DNA from: Octopus sinensis
Lineage: Eukaryota
Direction: 5' to 3'
Assembly (NCBI RefSeq): GCF_006345805.1
Contig: NC_042999.1
Location: 72,106,001 to 72,170,000, forward strand
DNA length: 64,000 bases
In this document: one piece after another, positions 63,792-64,000 of the stretch
Position numbering within the stretch: position 1 is the first letter of the stretch
How the letters are laid out: every line of letters begins with the position of its first letter
Notes under the pieces: generated by a model
What the model saw: only the letters and a program-made list of their open reading frames with translations
What the model was told of the DNA's origin: nothing
The model's database searches: none
Position numbers and translations under genes: made by a program

Positions 63792-64000
63792 TGGATTGCA
63801 TTTGTGTTGGTTGTTTGAATGTGCGCGGCCTGGGAGCGGGCTGGAAGCAGGGTCGCTTCCTGCATGATATCAGGTCGCGTAATTTGGATGTTATTGTTGC
63901 TACAGAAACCCGGTTAGAGGGGCCAAGAGGTCTGCTCCCGCTGTTTGACGGCTACGAGAGTTTTTTCTCTCCTGGCAGTCCTACAGGCGGGAGTGGGGTG
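63791..64000 (+). CDS. ORF2 N-terminus: APE-type endonuclease (partial, 70 codons open)
   Basis: My translation: MDCICVGCLNVRGLGAGWKQGRFLHDIRSRNLDVIVATETRL...GGSGV, matching the L1/Tx1 endonuclease motifs NVRGL, D(I/V)..xET and GV. Confidence 0.88.
   Translation, partial: MDCICVGCLNVRGLGAGWKQGRFLHDIRSRNLDVIVATETRLEGPRGLLPLFDGYESFFSPGSPTGGSGV

Larger units (their letters stand above)
62201..64000 (+). mobile_element. Family C: two-ORF L1/Tx1-like non-LTR retrotransposon, 5' part (continues beyond the window)
   Basis: CAAGCGTGTCGGAAA start, 230-nt 5' UTR, ORF1 homologous to A/B, ORF2 beginning with an APE endonuclease. Confidence 0.88.

Noticed and set aside
48843-64000. Telomeric HeT-A/TART-style terminal array
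   Set aside because: In such arrays the 5' end of the outermost element is the chromosome end. Here A1's 5' end is joined to 48 kb of ordinary DNA and no TTAGGG repeats are present. The analogy is only architectural unless the join is a misassembly.

Overview
AT-rich, microsatellite-laden eukaryotic DNA. The tRNA-derived SINE families resemble those of octopod cephalopods (inference from recalled repeat families). No complete host gene is supportable. Bases 1-48.8 kb are a repeat graveyard: several SINE families, non-autonomous Helitrons, mariner fragments, CR1-group and RLE-type LINE fragments, a foldback element and Penelope-like inverted structures. One of the Penelope-like structures (29.0-30.0 kb) carries two apparently intact type I hammerhead ribozymes. 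From 48843 to the window end lies a precise head-to-tail array of related non-LTR retroelements, all on the + strand: six ~1.76-1.78 kb 'A' units, a diverged 1.9 kb 'B' unit, and a 'C' element. A and B encode only a Gag-like ORF1 (RRM-like region, CCHC knuckle, K/E-rich linker, conserved C-terminal domain). C encodes a homologous ORF1 joined by a TAATG stop/start overlap to an L1/Tx1-type APE-endonuclease ORF2 that runs off the window. Every visible unit start is the full-length 5' motif C(A)AGCGTGTCGGAA, and A and B end with a shared stem-loop and GTGGGTA(G/A)TAATAAAA. This looks like a site- or self-targeting system of ORF1-only ('half-LINE') elements and their autonomous partner. Homopolymer indels in the array and a duplicated segment around a 100-N gap are probably assembly artefacts.
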